From assembly GCA_964188305.1 (NCBI GenBank), contig OZ076888.1: DNA of 64,000 nt; one strand, written 5' to 3'. This DNA is from Podarcis bocagei. Lineage: Eukaryota. Made by a program: the position numbers and the translations under genes. Shown in pieces: positions 1-13,255 of this stretch (position 1 is the stretch's first letter; every line of letters starts with the position of its first letter). Below the pieces are notes generated by a model, which searched no databases, was not told the origin of the DNA, and worked only from the letters and a program-made list of their open reading frames with translations.

Positions 1-292
1 AGGTGATGGAAAGTCAACAGTGAGGGTTGGGTGATGAACCTTGTCAGGAACAGTGCTCCCATGGTGTGAGAGGCAGTTCAGAAAAAGCCAACCCTGTATG
101 CAGAGGTGGACTTTGGTAATATGGTGCCCTGACTGAGGACAAAATTTGATGTCTTAAATATTTATTTAGCACCCTCTCTCCTCTCTTGCCTTTTGTTCTG
201 CACATGCTCTCAAGTGAACTACATCATAGTTGCAGCAACTCAATTGCCATATGACCAGGGCCTTACTTTGAGTAGGTACCTATATAAATTAG

Positions 293-294
<2 letters not shown>

Positions 295-351
<57 letters not shown>

Positions 352-370
352 TAATTACTACTACTACTAT
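295..370. repeat. (ATT)n/(ACT)n microsatellite
   Basis: Trinucleotide run visible directly. Confidence 0.95.
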
Positions 371-605
371 TTTCCCTTTAGCTCAGCACCATGTGCAAAA
401 GAACCACCCACACCACCCTAAATCCAGCACGGCTGTGTGTTCACTGCCCTCCCCTCTGAGAAGAAAGGAACATGGGCCAGATCTATCTTGCACTTAAAGA
501 GCGGTGGCACTCTTTAAGCATGTTGTCATGGACAGCACAGGGCCTAGACCAAGGGGGATAAACTTCAGGCCTGGGGTCCAAATCCAAGCCTCTATATCTC
601 CACAC

Positions 606-1281
606 CATGGGTCAGCAAACTTTTTCAGCGGGGGGCTGGTCCACTGTCCCTCAGACCTTGTGGGGAGCCAGACTATATATATATATATTTTTTTGGGGGG
701 GGGATGAACAAATTCCTATGCCCCACAAATTTTCTATCTTACAATACTCAAGGCAGTTTACAAACTGAAGAAACAAAAAACGTACAACTTACAACAATCT
801 AATGCAATACAAAAATGTGATAATAAAGCAAAACTTTAAAATAAGCAACCTACATCAAAAAATAACATTCAACAATTATTAGAAAAGTACAAAATAATAA
901 TATCAACATATAAAAGTTAAACAGAAATCCACTCAACACTTACAATAAATAATTTCTAAACTATAATCAATAAAACAACAAAAAGCCACAGTACATAAAA
1001 TAATACAATACAAATTGAGAAGCAGAAACTAAAGGGTGGAGCAAGGCAGGTGGAAGGAGGCCTTGCCTGATGGAGTCTCTCCCCTCACAGTTCTTCCTCC
1101 AGGCACACATTCTGCTCATGTAAAAACACCAGGCAGGCCCCACAAATAACCCAGAGATGCATTTTAAATAAAAGGAAACATTCTACTCATGTAAAAACAC
1201 ACTGATTCCCAGACCGTCCATGGGCCAGATTGAGGCGATTGGGCCAGATCCAGCCCCTGGGCTTTAGTTTGCCTACCCATG
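606..1281. mobile_element. hAT MITE with an internal A-rich insertion
   Basis: TIRs CATGGGTCAGCAAACT / AGTTTGCCTACCCATG; 8-bp TSD ctccacac (598-605) / ctccatgc (1282-1289). Confidence 0.85.
731..1100 (-). mobile_element. L2-like 3' fragment inserted in the MITE
   Basis: Begins tttctatc...actcaaggcagtttaca, resembling the reverse complement of an L2 3' terminus; interrupts the MITE body. Confidence 0.35.
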
Positions 1282-1323
1282 CTCCATGCCCTTTTGCCTC
1301 ACCCACAACCCCTATCTCTAGGC

Positions 1324-1804
1324 CAGGGGTCTCCGGAGCCGCATGTGGCTCTTTTACACTTTTGCCGCAGCTCCGGGGTTGATACTAGCGAGGGGAGGAG
1401 GCGCATTGTGCGCCCCGACACTCCCCACTGTGGCGGGCGCTGTACTGGCTGTGATGTCACATGGGGGCGGTGCGTGCGTTAGTCACGCACCGTCCCGACG
1501 TCGCCTTCCCGCCCGCCCGCTACATTGTAACGGGCATGTACGCTGGTCACTGCATTGAAAGGGGGCATGTACACTGGTCACTGTTTTGAAGGGGAGTGAA
1601 GAACACACACACACAAAAAGGTAACTTGTTAATTTAACGTTTATTTCTATGAGGAGGAGTAATTCTGAGGGGTCAAACAAAGAAATAATAAAAAAGGTGA
1701 CAAAAAAGTTGTTTTTATAATGACGAGTTTTGCGGCTCCCAGTTTTTTTTCCTTCGGAAACGGGTCCAAGTGGCTCTTTTCATCTTAAAGGTTGCAGACC
1801 CCTG
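1324..1804. mobile_element. Young hAT (Charlie-like) MITE
   Basis: CAGGGGTCT...AGACCCCTG termini; perfect 8-bp TSD CTCTAGGC (1316-1323, 1805-1812); CpG-rich. Confidence 0.9.
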
Positions 1805-2817
1805 CTCTAGGCCATGTCCCTCCCTGACCCTCCTTCAAACACATTTCTGTCTGACTGGAATTTTTCCTTGAACTTTAATAATTCCTCTTCCTTGCCTGGG
1901 TAGAGGATAGAGAGCAGTGTGAGAATGTATGAAGAAACTAGCCCACTGCACCAAGTTAAAATTTACATCTGCTGCCCCACCCACTACTGGCATTTAGCCC
2001 CATATGGTTTCCCAAAGGGGAATGCGGACCTTGGACTCAAAAGGTTTCCCCAGATTATATATAAATGCCATTTTGTACAAAATTCTATATGCACAGGCAG
2101 AGCTAAGGGCAGAGCCAGTTTAATTCTGCACATGTGGTTGACATTTGCCTTTCCAGGACAAGGGGAGAGTGTAGGCTAATAAAAAATAAAAAATTCTAAA
2201 ATGTGTAATCTAACAGAGAGGAGGAGCCATTATAAATGCTGGAGAACAGCTTCCCTGTTAATGCAAATTGTTCCTTCAGAACTACCAACATTTCAGTGGC
2301 ATTAATATTATGCACATGCACCTTTAGCAAATTCAGTTCCACATTTTAAAAATTCTCCTCCCCACTCCATGCTTGCAATACTAATGAATATTTACATGGC
2401 TGCTAATAGGAAATGGCTAAGGAAAGATAAAGAGGGCAATCCTATACTGAAGATATGCTGACTGAGAGGCTACAGGATTCCACAGAAGTCCATGACAGAT
2501 ACACCAGTGGAACACCCCAGATATGACTCAGAAGATTCTATTCAGATTGTGCTATGGCAGATTTCTAGTGTGACACTGTATGCATACTTCTAAATTCTAG
2601 TGGAGCACAGGCTTCTCTGTTATCTTAGAATGTGGTTCAGCATAGGATATCATATCCTTTAATCCAGGACAATGTACTTCTGTTTGTGCATTCCAGACTA
2701 TCTGGGAGTGAATACCTACAATTTATTTTCAGATGTACATTTGGAAAAGTCATTCTGCCTTACATTTTGAAAAATATGTATGAGGACATTGGCTAGAGTG
2801 GCCTGGCAGCAGAAGGC

Positions 2818-2819
<2 letters not shown>

Positions 2820-2894
<75 letters not shown>

Positions 2895-2895
2895 T
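2820..2895. repeat. (TTTC)n microsatellite
   Basis: Visible directly. Confidence 0.95.
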
Positions 2896-2929
2896 TTTGG
2901 TGATCACTCATAGCCAAGTAAGATGGTTT

Positions 2930-3363
2930 TTCATGAAAATGGTGTTAACAGTGAGTCTGTAAGTAACCATGGAGGCCAATTCTGGATCCACACATCCTCT
3001 CACAGTTAGGATAGCTTTCTGGGTGACTTCCTCTTAGCTCTTTTTCCTTTTCATCCTGAGTTCATGGCTGTTCAAAGTCCACAACACCTTTGGTAAAGGC
3101 TGTTCTCCAGTTGGAGTGCTCAGAGGCCAGTGTTTCCCAGTAATAAGTGCTTGTATTGCATTTTTTAAAGATTTGCCTTGAAATTATCTTTAAACCTCTT
3201 TTGTTGTCCACCGACCGGTATTTTGCTTTCCATTCTTAAGTTGGAAATAAAGTAGTTGCTTTGGAAGACGATAATCAGGCATCTGAACAACATGACCAGT
3301 CCAACAAAGTTGATGTCGAAGAATCATTGCTTCAACACTGGTGGTCTTTGCTTCTTCCAGTAC
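2930..3363 (-). mobile_element. RTE-clade LINE 3' fragment
   Basis: Peptide SVEAMILRHQLCWTGHVVQMPDYRLPKQLLY matches the RTE ORF C-terminal W.GHV.RM...RLPK motif. Confidence 0.8.
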
Positions 3364-6300
3364 AGAAGGCATCCAGTGGCATGGAAAGGAGCGCTGGCCC
3401 CATGCAGCTAGATTTACCTCTGTCACCATTTTGATTCTCGCAGGATGCAGTGCTGTGCATATCCCTGATGGGTGTATGTCTTTATAAGGGTTTTAGTGAG
3501 ATCAGTTGATAAGAGAGGACAAAATGTTTTGAATGATTACAAAGAACTGACAGACCTTAGCTAGAGCAGTTGTGTGAATCAAGACAAAGAGTGATGTATA
3601 AAAGGTAACACCCAGCCTCTTGCTGAAAATATAGAATGTTACCAATTGAGACAGAAAGGTGAAGCTGCACATTCACGTCATGCATTTAAAGCACTCCAAA
3701 ATTTTTGGAGATGCCATTTGTTAAGGGTGCTGTCATTTGTAGCTCTGTGCAGTCAGCAGCCTTCAAAATATTACAGTTCCCAGGATTCTTTGGAGGAAGC
3801 CATGCCTGGCAAAGTGGCATAAGAGTTCTTCAAATGTGCAGGGATGTGACTGAGGTGAAAGTGAAGATTTTGCAAAGAAATCTTTACTAAAGTAACTGTT
3901 TAATAGTGTTAAATATCAGTAAGCAGAGAAGAAAAATGGATGGAGCTTGATATTGTTTGCACTGAGTGCTACAAGAAGGGGACAGGAAGCTAAAAAGAAA
4001 GGAAAAATGGAAGATAAAGATATGAGAGGGGACACCCCACTTTCTGCCCTGGCCAGCAAAAGCCCAGCAGAGCTCAGGAAGAGCTGGTTGTCTTTCCTAG
4101 GGTCTGTAAGAGTTTGTGTTTGTATCTCAGCCATAATTGAGACAGACCCATCTCATCTAAGTTCAGATGAAGCATGGGTTGCACAGATGCAGCTATAAGC
4201 TTAACAGTCAAGTAGAAGACAAAATACATGCTCAAAACATCTCTTTTTAGAGAAAGCAAAGACCATATAGTTGTCAGTTGGAAGGAGAATAGTGTGCAAA
4301 CAAATCTTCAGCAACTCTCTGCAATATCCACAGAAACCTGATTCCAGGGGCATTAATGGATACTATATGAGGTGAGGAAGAAACAGGGAGAAAGGAATTA
4401 GTGTACCTATCCTGATGGGGATGGGGATGTCTAGCAAAGCATCTTGAATTGAATGGGCTTTATAGCACAGGGTAGTCCCCCCCCCATTTCAAATTAATGA
4501 CATCTCTGCATTGCGTATGAACTTAACTTAGGCAGTTTTGGAACATCGAGGTTAGGCTAATATATTGGTGTCGTTATTAACAACATTGCCTGAATAAATT
4601 CATTCCCCCCACAATTTCTATTTGCACTTTTTGGTTTATACTTTCATACCTGTTCTTCTGCCTCAAGCATGGTTTGGGTTTGCTGTTACAGATTTTAATT
4701 TTATTTTTAAGGGGGGGGGGAATACCCCTTCACTTGCTGGCTTCCTCAAAAAGAGTTCCACTTGCTGCTCTTTTACTGAGTTTATCAGCAAGGACACTGT
4801 CATACCATAATGGGCTCCTGTTGCTACACAAATGAAAATGTCATGGCAGCGTGTGAGATTTATATTGAATTGATCTTTCCTAGGCTTCTGTCGTGGTGGC
4901 ATTATGTGAGTCATTTGATCTAATAGTTGGCTGTACCCTGGATGGATGGGTAGTTTCCTGTATCAGTACTTGGCCTTAAAGCAGATAGCTAATCAGAGCT
5001 TGGTCGCATACTTGGGTTGGCACCTGGTTGGAGCAGTATTGACCCCATAGTGCAGGTTGAATGGTGCAGGTTTCATTCCAAACTTATTTCTAGCACTTTT
5101 ACTATACCTGTGAAGTTATAATCACCTCCCTCCCCAGCTTCTCCAGGAGGCACCTGTACATAGCTATTTTTGTCTTAAGACTTTTAAAGGTGATCTGTGC
5201 AGTTCCTTTTTGTGTGAGTGTGCATGGAATATCTCTAGTGAGATTTGAGAATAATTGGCCGTGGTGGTAGGAAGAAGCTTGGAGAGCAAGTGCAGGCTTC
5301 AAAAGAACCAACTCATTAACAACCCACAAGTTTCAGAAGGAAGCCAGTTTCAAATAGAGAAGCAATAGTGGACACACGAAACCCACTTCTGCAGGTTTTG
5401 TATGCTACTCATGGCCAACTCCAGGCAGAAGGAGGTCCTGAGGAAAAGGTCCTCTCCGTTGTCAATGGGTTTATATGGCAGTGGTAGGGGCAGCAGCACC
5501 CTAAGCAGCCCCAGGTGGATGCATCTTGCCACCAATAAAATTTCCCACAATACTCCAGAGGTTCAGTCCCCAGAATCTCCAAGGAGGACTGAGAAATAGC
5601 CTGTCTGAAACCCTGGAGAGCAACTGAGGATCCTCCAGTCCATGAACCTTAGATGCTGTTACTAATTAGAGGCTATACTCAGTTGTATGGACCAAGGGTC
5701 TGACATGTTATGAGCCATTGGAATATGAGCCCTGCTGGCTCAGGGCAGATCCTCTTTTCATAGTAGCTGGCCAGGTGCCCATGTGAAGCACACTAGTAAC
5801 TTCATACATTCAATATACAGCATTGTGGGAAATGAAAATGGAGGTTAAAAGTTGCTGCCTGGCACTGCTTGTGGTGGTAGGCTAGGGGGCAGAAATTCAT
5901 GAGCCACACTGGGGTGCTCAGGCTACCCTAGGATGCTGGCTGTGGCCACCAGCCCTGATGTTTCTAACATCTGGAGGAGAATCTTGTGGTTCCCCTATTG
6001 GGAGTATAAAAATGACATCAAAATGTTCTGTTTGCATGAGAGGAAGGAGGCCCATATATTTCTCAAATGCTTTAGTGGCATATATATTTAGTGGCTTGAA
6101 TAATCATTCAAGGTAACCCTGGTAAAATGAATCTGTGTGTTCTGGCTGGACTCTGCAGCTTGTTCTCCGAAATGTGTTTTGTTCCTAGAAGATAGATGCT
6201 GTCATCTCTTCTTGTATTTTTGAAGATTACCCTCTAGTGCACTGATATTTTCATACAAATCACTCAGAGATGGTTCAGATGAGCACCAATAAATGCTCTT

Positions 6301-6798
6301 TGACCCCTTTGATGGAAATGGCTTTGATGCGAACTCCCCTGCTGCATATAAGAACGGGTGCAGCATAGGATCTCACTCTGTATTTCCAGGCTTGCCTGTC
6401 AAGAATTTGAAAAGTTTTGTCATATGAACCAAGTTCATAGCTGTACCAGTTTGTCTGCATTTGATAACCTGTACACTTTACATCCTTGGAGGCCTTTGCT
6501 ATAGTTTTCGTCCTGTAGCTAACCTTTCTGTTGGGTCTCACTTGACATTTGCTGTACTGGATTAGCAGGCGGGGCTGGCTGAGAACAGAATTAGGTTGGT
6601 GGGACAGTGCCTTAGTGGGCCAGCCTGCTCTGGGGAACAACAGTTCTTGTGAACTCCTCAGAAATGGAACGCGTGTTCCAGCAGGACACAGAGACCCCAC
6701 GATATTAGGTACAGACTGTGAAAGCCAATGTAATGGGGAATTTTCAGGGGAGCTGATTTATTTTAAATAAATAACTTACTCAGAAGTACGTTCCACTA

Positions 6799-7138
6799 TG
6801 TCGAGTTGCAGCTCGGCATCCAGGGAAAAATCAGTCTCACACCATGAGGGGTTCCGAAATATGGCTGCTCCTGTATAATGAGAAATAGGTGATTATGATT
6901 TATGGTTTTACTCTGTGGCACAAAAGCCTACAAAGAAATAACCTTTGCCTTTTCTGGAACTTGCATTCTAGGAATACTGATACCCCTGATATATAAAATA
7001 GATAACTCCCAGAGGTTCGTTTGCGTAACAGAAGGGAAGTATAATCACCTATTTCTCATTATACAGGAGCAGCCATATTTCGGAACCCCTCATGGTGTGA
7101 GACTGATTTTTCCCTGGATGCCGAGCACCAACTCGACA
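6799..7138. mobile_element. MITE with 98-bp TIRs, TGT...ACA ends and 5-bp TSD
   Basis: Arms 6799-6896 and 7041-7138 are reverse complements with 2 mismatches; CACTA at 6794-6798 and 7139-7143. Confidence 0.85.
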
Positions 7139-8100
7139 CACTAATGATAAGTGGGAACCTGGGGCTAAAATAGATGTGACATTAAATGTGTATTTGCATT
7201 TAGCACACAGGTTTATTTATATTTTTCATCAATGAAGGATTCACCCCGCTGCAAATACTGGTTTAAGACGTAGGGCTTTCCTCGTGGCCACAGCAGGAGA
7301 GGAAAGAGCTACATTTCTCCTCCAAACTTGCTCCAGTCGTAATAATTATCAAGCCCCTCTCTAAAGTGGGATGCTATTTGCATTTCCCAAAACATCCAGA
7401 TTGCCCATCACTGTTTAGAATTGTTACCTAAATTGGACTATTTGGCTAATGTAGGGGGTTTTTTTAGCCTGTTGTCAAGATTATTCCAAGATTCATGATA
7501 ACCTGGATGAATAATTTTAACAGAAACAAGCTCTTTAAAGTATTTAAGAGATTCTTAAGCCAATGCTTCATAAATATTACCTTTAGCACTTCAGTAGATT
7601 TATATATTTCAAAGTGAAATTAAATGAATTCAGGTTGTCATTTGCAGTACCATTGAATCACTTGGTTTCATTTTTAATAGCTGGATTGTATTGTGTGCAG
7701 AGGCAGCGAACACTGCATTTTTCAACTTCATTTTGCAACCTGAGCTCATTTAAAATAGGCCTTAAAATTCCCACATGGAGCTTGAGATATAATTTGCCAG
7801 ACACCAAGACATAAAGAGTTATGAACGTGCTTTCCCCCAAAGACAATGGATGAATGAATGCACAAGTTAAATGTGATCAAAAATCAGAATGATGTGGACT
7901 ACACTTCTTGTGATATAGGGCTCTGCTCATCCATATGAAATAATGTATTCACTCTCTCAGATGCTTAAGCTGGCTGCTGATATTTATCCCCACAGGAAGA
8001 TCCTGAAAACCAGTTAGAGCAGGTCAGGCACTGCAATATCCTGCAATGGGTGGCTAGGAACATAGGAAGGTGTTTCATACCAGATCATACTATTTGTCCA

Positions 8101-8101
<1 letters not shown>

Positions 8102-8151
<50 letters not shown>

Positions 8152-8565
8152 TTATTTATACCCCGGCCATCTGGCTGGGCTTCCCCAGCCACTCTGGGTG
8201 GCTTCCAACAAAATATTAAAATGCAGCAATGCATCAAACATTAAAAGCTTCCCTAAAGAGGGCTGCCTTCAGATGTCTTCTAAAAGTCTGGTAGTTGTTG
8301 TTCTCTTTGACATCTGCTTGGAGGGTGTTCCACAGGGCAGGTGCCACTACCGAGAAGGCCCTCTGCTTGGCTCCCTGTAACTTGGCTTCTCACAGTGAGG
8401 GAACCACCAGAAGGCCCTCAGTGTCTGGGCGGAACAATGGGGGTGGAGACGCTCCTTCAGATATACTGGACGGAGGCCATTTAGGGCTTTAAAGGTCAGC
8501 ACCAACACTTTGAATTGTGCTTGGAAACATACTAGGAGCCAATGTAGGTCCTTCAAGACCAGTGT
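8102..8565 (-). mobile_element. L2-clade LINE 3' fragment with (TTA)n tail
   Basis: Peptide LHWLLVCFQAQFKVLVLTFKALNGL; 3' stem-loop; microsatellite tail at 8102-8148. Confidence 0.85.
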
Positions 8566-10352
8566 CTTTCAAGACTCTAGTTCAGTATTGCCTTACTGTG
8601 ACTGGCAGTAGGTCTTTCGTGCTTCCTGCTACATAATCTTTTAACCCACAGGTGCTGAACGTTTTACTAGTCATGTGACCCGTGCAAGATTGCAGACCCA
8701 GACAAAATGCCTCTTTTGGGGTGTTGAGTAAAATCGTGGATCCGAAAACCCCCCACTTTTTTCAGGGCAAGATCTTGGCCTGAAATCGTGCAAGAGCAAG
8801 ACACCCAAAATGGCCGCCATATTCTCGCAGGGAAAAGTGGGATGTCCCGGTTTTTCCAAGACAGTTGACAGCTATGCAGTCTACATTAGTAGGACATACA
8901 CATCCTGGTTTGAACAAAACCAGAGAACAAAAATATGGGAGAAGGTTGTGCACTGGAGTTTAAGGAATAAGAAGTTTAAGGTTAATTAATAAGGTTCAGA
9001 TTTTGCCCATGATGACTACTCCTCTTTAGTCTCTGCATATCCTTCGCAGAACTGATCAGGGAGGAAGATGGGGACAAGATTAAAATTAGTTGGCTCTTCC
9101 TGTGATTGGCTCTGGCTCCACTTCCTGTTGCTTTCCCCGCCTTCTGCCCTGTTGGTTCGAATGGGCACCAGTTGCCACTGATTTGGAGACCTGCACAGGG
9201 CAATGGAACTTATACTTCCCTCCATCCTTGTTTGCCCACTAGGCGGTGGCATGTGGTGGGTGTGTGGGCCTTAGTGTCCAAGTGGGTGTCCTTAGGATTG
9301 CAACCTTGAACTCAACAGAAAGTGCCTCGTATTACAGTTAATATTTGCATGCAGATATTATGTACAAAGTGCAAGCACACTGCTTCAGTTTGAAATACAT
9401 GGAAGGCTCTTATGAGGAGGAGGGGAACTCAATCATTTCCTGGTTTCTGCCTCTGTATTTTGAAGGGGGAAAGCATGCAATTTACACACATGGGACCTTT
9501 TTACAACTGCTGAGTAGTCATGTATTTTGGACTCGGAGATATCTGTCATCAAAATGTAGCATGAAAAGCTGCCATTTGGGAGCCTTTTCTGGGCCTTTAC
9601 AGGTGCTGTCCTTCCATTTTATTCTTAATTTATTCCATCTTTTCTTACTGGGGCTAGGGAAGGATGGATCAGTCAATTTCAGTTCTCTCAGTTCCTCGCC
9701 CCCCCCCCCCCTGCCGCCCAATAGGTTCTCTGCATTTATTCAGCAATCTGCAATTCTTTTTTTAAAATCCCTCATAAAAATTCATTAGCATTTATTGCAA
9801 ATTTCTCACAATCAACTCCCCCCCAATTTTGTCTAATAGACACTTTTTTTTTTGCACAACACTTTCCCCAATAAAATGCCTTTTTTGCATGTTATTTTCA
9901 CTAATCTATGCACTCCTATGCACACTTTAGCCTAGTTATGTACATTTTTGTACATATTACTTGGCTGGAGAACCGCACTGGAAAATCTGGAGAGGTGTGA
10001 ATTACAAAGGATGGCTCAGTTCGCATATTGTTTACGAAAGTGTGAATTAAGTGTGAATCATCTTTAAATGCATACTGAATTGAATTCCCTCCCCCTCTCT
10101 ACTTGGGATTTAACTAGACATTATATGTATATACTGTGCTTTTCTTTTTTGGTAAAAAGAAATGATGTGCTGGCACTCTGAGCCAGCTCTGTTTGTCTGT
10201 AGTGGCATCTCACATACCCAGTCTGATTGGCCCATTTCAAAACAGGTGCAGTATATGTGACAGTTGAAATATTAGAAAACATCCATGACAGTGATAAACC
10301 TTGAGCTTTTAAAAATAATACTAATAACAATCATGGGCACCCAATATTACTA

Positions 10353-10793
10353 CAGTGGTGCCCCGCAAGACGAATGCCTCGCAAGACGGAAAACTCGCTA
10401 GACGAAAGAGTTTTCCGTTTTGGAGGTGCTTCGCAAAACGAATCTCCTATGGGCTTGCTTCGCAAGACGACAATGTCTTGCGAGTTCCTGCTGGTTTTCT
10501 TCCCTTCCCCCTTTTTCTAAGCTGCTAAGCCGCTTATCAGCTGATCCGATCAGCAGATAAGCCACTAATAGCGCTAAATGGCTTATCAGCTGATCCGATC
10601 AGCAGATAAGCCGCTAATAGCGCTAATAGCACTAAGCTGCTTATCAGCTGATCCAATCAGCAGATAAGCCGCTAAAAGCCTCTAATAGCGCTAATCCGCT
10701 AATCCTTCAATGGGCTTGCTTCGCAAGACGGAAAAAACCGCTAGACGAAGAGAATCACAGAACGGATTCTTTTCATCTTGCGAGGCACCACTG
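10353..10793. mobile_element. Tc1/mariner (Tigger/pogo-like) MITE, family A
   Basis: TIR CAGTGGTGCCYCGCAAGA; TA TSD on both sides; sibling at 55290-55643. Confidence 0.88.
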
Positions 10794-10810
10794 TATAGGA
10801 TTTCATTGTA

Positions 10811-11017
10811 CAGTCATACCTCGGGTTACAGACGTTGCATTTCTTTGGGTTACGGACCTGCCGAAACCTGGAAGTACCAGAATGGGTTACTTCTGGGTTT
10901 CGGCGGTCGTGCATGTGCAGAAGCGCCAAATCGCAACTCGCGTGTGCGCAGACGCGCTGCTGCAGGTTGCAAACGTGCATCCTGCATGGATCATGTTCGC
11001 AACCTGAGCTTCCGCTG
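10811..11017. mobile_element. Tigger-like MITE
   Basis: TA|CAGTCATACCTCGGGTT ... AACCTGAGCTTCCGCTG|TA imperfect TIRs. Confidence 0.7.
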
Positions 11018-11602
11018 TATTTCAGTTAGGAAACTTACATTGTTTGAAGACTCTGATTTCATCTAAGGATGAGCACAACCTGCTGGATATATCAAATTCA
11101 CCTTCATGGCGTTAGTAGACATCTGAGAAATTATTCCAGAGGTCAAATTAATTACACATTGTCCAAGGCCCTGGTACACTCTGATGACTCATCAGCATCA
11201 GCATCAGCATCACTGGGGCCCCAAAACTAGTCCCCAACCTAGATTCCCTGCACACAAGGTTCCTTGTCAGATCTGAAGGTGCTCACATTTGCCCCAGAAC
11301 CTGGATAATCCTCTGCCTTGCTTTTACTATCACTGGGTATTTGCACACCCCATAGCTGGTCTGAGCACAGATAGTTTGCCATCTGTGAAATGGTGATTAT
11401 TTATTTGCTTGCTCACTCAAATCGCATTCCGCATTTCTGTCTGGCAGATCCACAAGGCAATACGAACAAGATACAACGAAATCAAATTTTAAACAGTTCA
11501 GAGGGTAGAAACTATTGCTATAGTTTTGAAATTCTAGTCCAGGCATGTGGAATCCTTTGTGATCACAGGCAGCCTTTAAGTAAATAAAATGCTAGTCTTG
11601 GA

Positions 11603-11687
11603 TCTCTCTATCTCTCTATCTCTCTATCTGTCTCTCTATTTATCTACCTACCTACCTACCTACCTACCTACCTACCTACCTACCTAT
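11603..11687. repeat. Compound (CT)/(CTAT)/(CTAC)n microsatellite
   Basis: Visible directly. Confidence 0.9.
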
Positions 11688-12346
11688 CGCTTAGGAAAAG
11701 CCCACTGTGATCTCTTCTAAGGATGAGCAGAACCCCTTAAGGTTCAGTTTGCAATTAACTGCAATGCACACAACCCCTTTTGTCCACAGATGCAGCATTT
11801 CTAGAGAGCAACATTTGCAGAGGTTTTCATCAGCACATTCCACTGGGCTGGAATACAAATGTCCATGCCTTGGAATCTGTATAGTAATTGATGCCTGTGC
11901 TCTTTTAAATGTATTAATCATTTGGAGACACTAATACCTCCCCCTGGGCCTCTCTGGAGGTCATTTCCCAGATTGTTCCTATTTTAAAGTTCTTCTCGGG
12001 CATTCCTTTGTTTAGGTCAGTTAAAAATATAACCGCAGCATCGCCGTAAGGGCCTCTTCCGCAGCAGGCTTTGTAAATGGGATTCTACAATGTAGCACGT
12101 TTCATTCAGCGAAAATGTTGCAGTACTGAATCTCCATCACAGTTCTGGAAAGCTGCAAGAATGAGTGTGGCAGAGAAGCCAGGGAGGTTGTAGAGACAGA
12201 ATGCATTTCACGTAAATATTTTGGATCACTGCAACTAAGAGATATTCAGAAGACTCATGTTGAATAAGAATGAGTATTACAATTCATTATTAGGGTTAAT
12301 TGAGGAGTTAATAGTTCTGATTTGACCACCACAGACATGAGAATGT

Positions 12347-12347
<1 letters not shown>

Positions 12348-12389
<42 letters not shown>
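12348..12389. repeat. (TG)n microsatellite
   Basis: Visible directly. Confidence 0.95.
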
Positions 12390-12392
<3 letters not shown>

Positions 12393-12407
12393 ACAAACAC
12401 GCACACA

Positions 12408-12560
12408 CAGTGCTTTTTCTGGGGGGACGCATGGATTTGCATACCCGTAAACATTTTGTGAATCTAAGTTTGGCCTCATTGAGGGGCAGTATTTTAATAT
12501 GAGTAGGAAAATGAGAGTACCCCTAAACATTTTTTAATTTTTTTAAAGAAAAAAGCACTG
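12408..12560. mobile_element. Short hAT-like MITE
   Basis: CAGTGCTTTTT...AAAAAGCACTG TIRs; related to 59199-59686 in opposite orientation. Confidence 0.7.
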
Positions 12561-12803
12561 ATAGTACTTAACAAGTCATGCTAGTTAATTACTAATATCT
12601 CATGCTGACTGTGTCTTCAACAGTTTTGTGCTGGCTATTTCTTTCATAGCAAGTCTCAGAACTGGTCCCAAACTTTTCGGGACCTCGGGCAAGCTTCCCT
12701 TAGAGGACCCCCAGAGCATGCTGCTGCTTGGGTCTTCCAGGAGTAAGCAGCCAGCCTCACCTCCTTGCTTGTGGTGGAGCAGTGGGGAGTACCTCCAGCC
12801 CAT

Positions 12804-13255
12804 GTTGTTGTTGTTTAGTCGTTTAGTCGTGTCCGACTCTTCGTGACCTCATGGACCACAGCACGCCAGGCACTCCTGTCCTCCACTGCCTCCTGCAGTT
12901 TGGTCAAACTCATGCTGGTAGCTTCAAGAACACTGTCCAACCATCTCGTCCTCTGTCATCCCCTTCTCCTTGTGCCCTCCATCTTTCCCAGTATCAGGGT
13001 CTTTTCCAGGGAGTCTTCTCTTCTCATGAGGTGGCCAAAGTCTTGGAGCCTCAGCTTCAGGATCTGTCCTTCCAGTGAGCACTCAGGGCTGATTTCCTTA
13101 AGAATGGATAGGTTTCATCTTCTTGCAGTCCACAGGACTCTCAAGAGTCTCCTCCAGCACCATAATTCAAAAGCATCAATTCTTCAGCAATCAGCCTTCT
13201 TTATGGTCCAGCTCTCACTTCCATACATCACTACTGTGAAAACCATAGCTTTAAC
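12804..13255 (-). mobile_element. BovB (RTE) LINE, 5'-truncated
   Basis: (CAA)n tail; near-identical to the 47233-47809 copy; 12-bp TSD cctcca(g/t)cccat (12792-12803, 13256-13267). Confidence 0.92.

Larger units (their letters stand above)
550..2052. mobile_element. Old hAT-like non-autonomous element hosting two younger MITEs
   Basis: Degenerate CAGGGG-type termini; related pieces at ~32290-33000 and ~58945-59795. Boundaries are approximate. Confidence 0.45.

Noticed and set aside
6200-6715. Possible solo LTR / 141-aa ORF
   Set aside because: TATA-like motif only; no definable termini or TSD; peptide unrecognisable.
6794-6800. CACTA or Transib (CACTATG) terminus
   Set aside because: CACTA recurs as a direct repeat on the right rather than an inverted one, so it is the TSD.
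10532-10669. CRISPR-like repeat-spacer look
   Set aside because: Eukaryotic context; the spacers are related GCTAATAG-type repeats of unequal length; no cas genes; lies inside a MITE.
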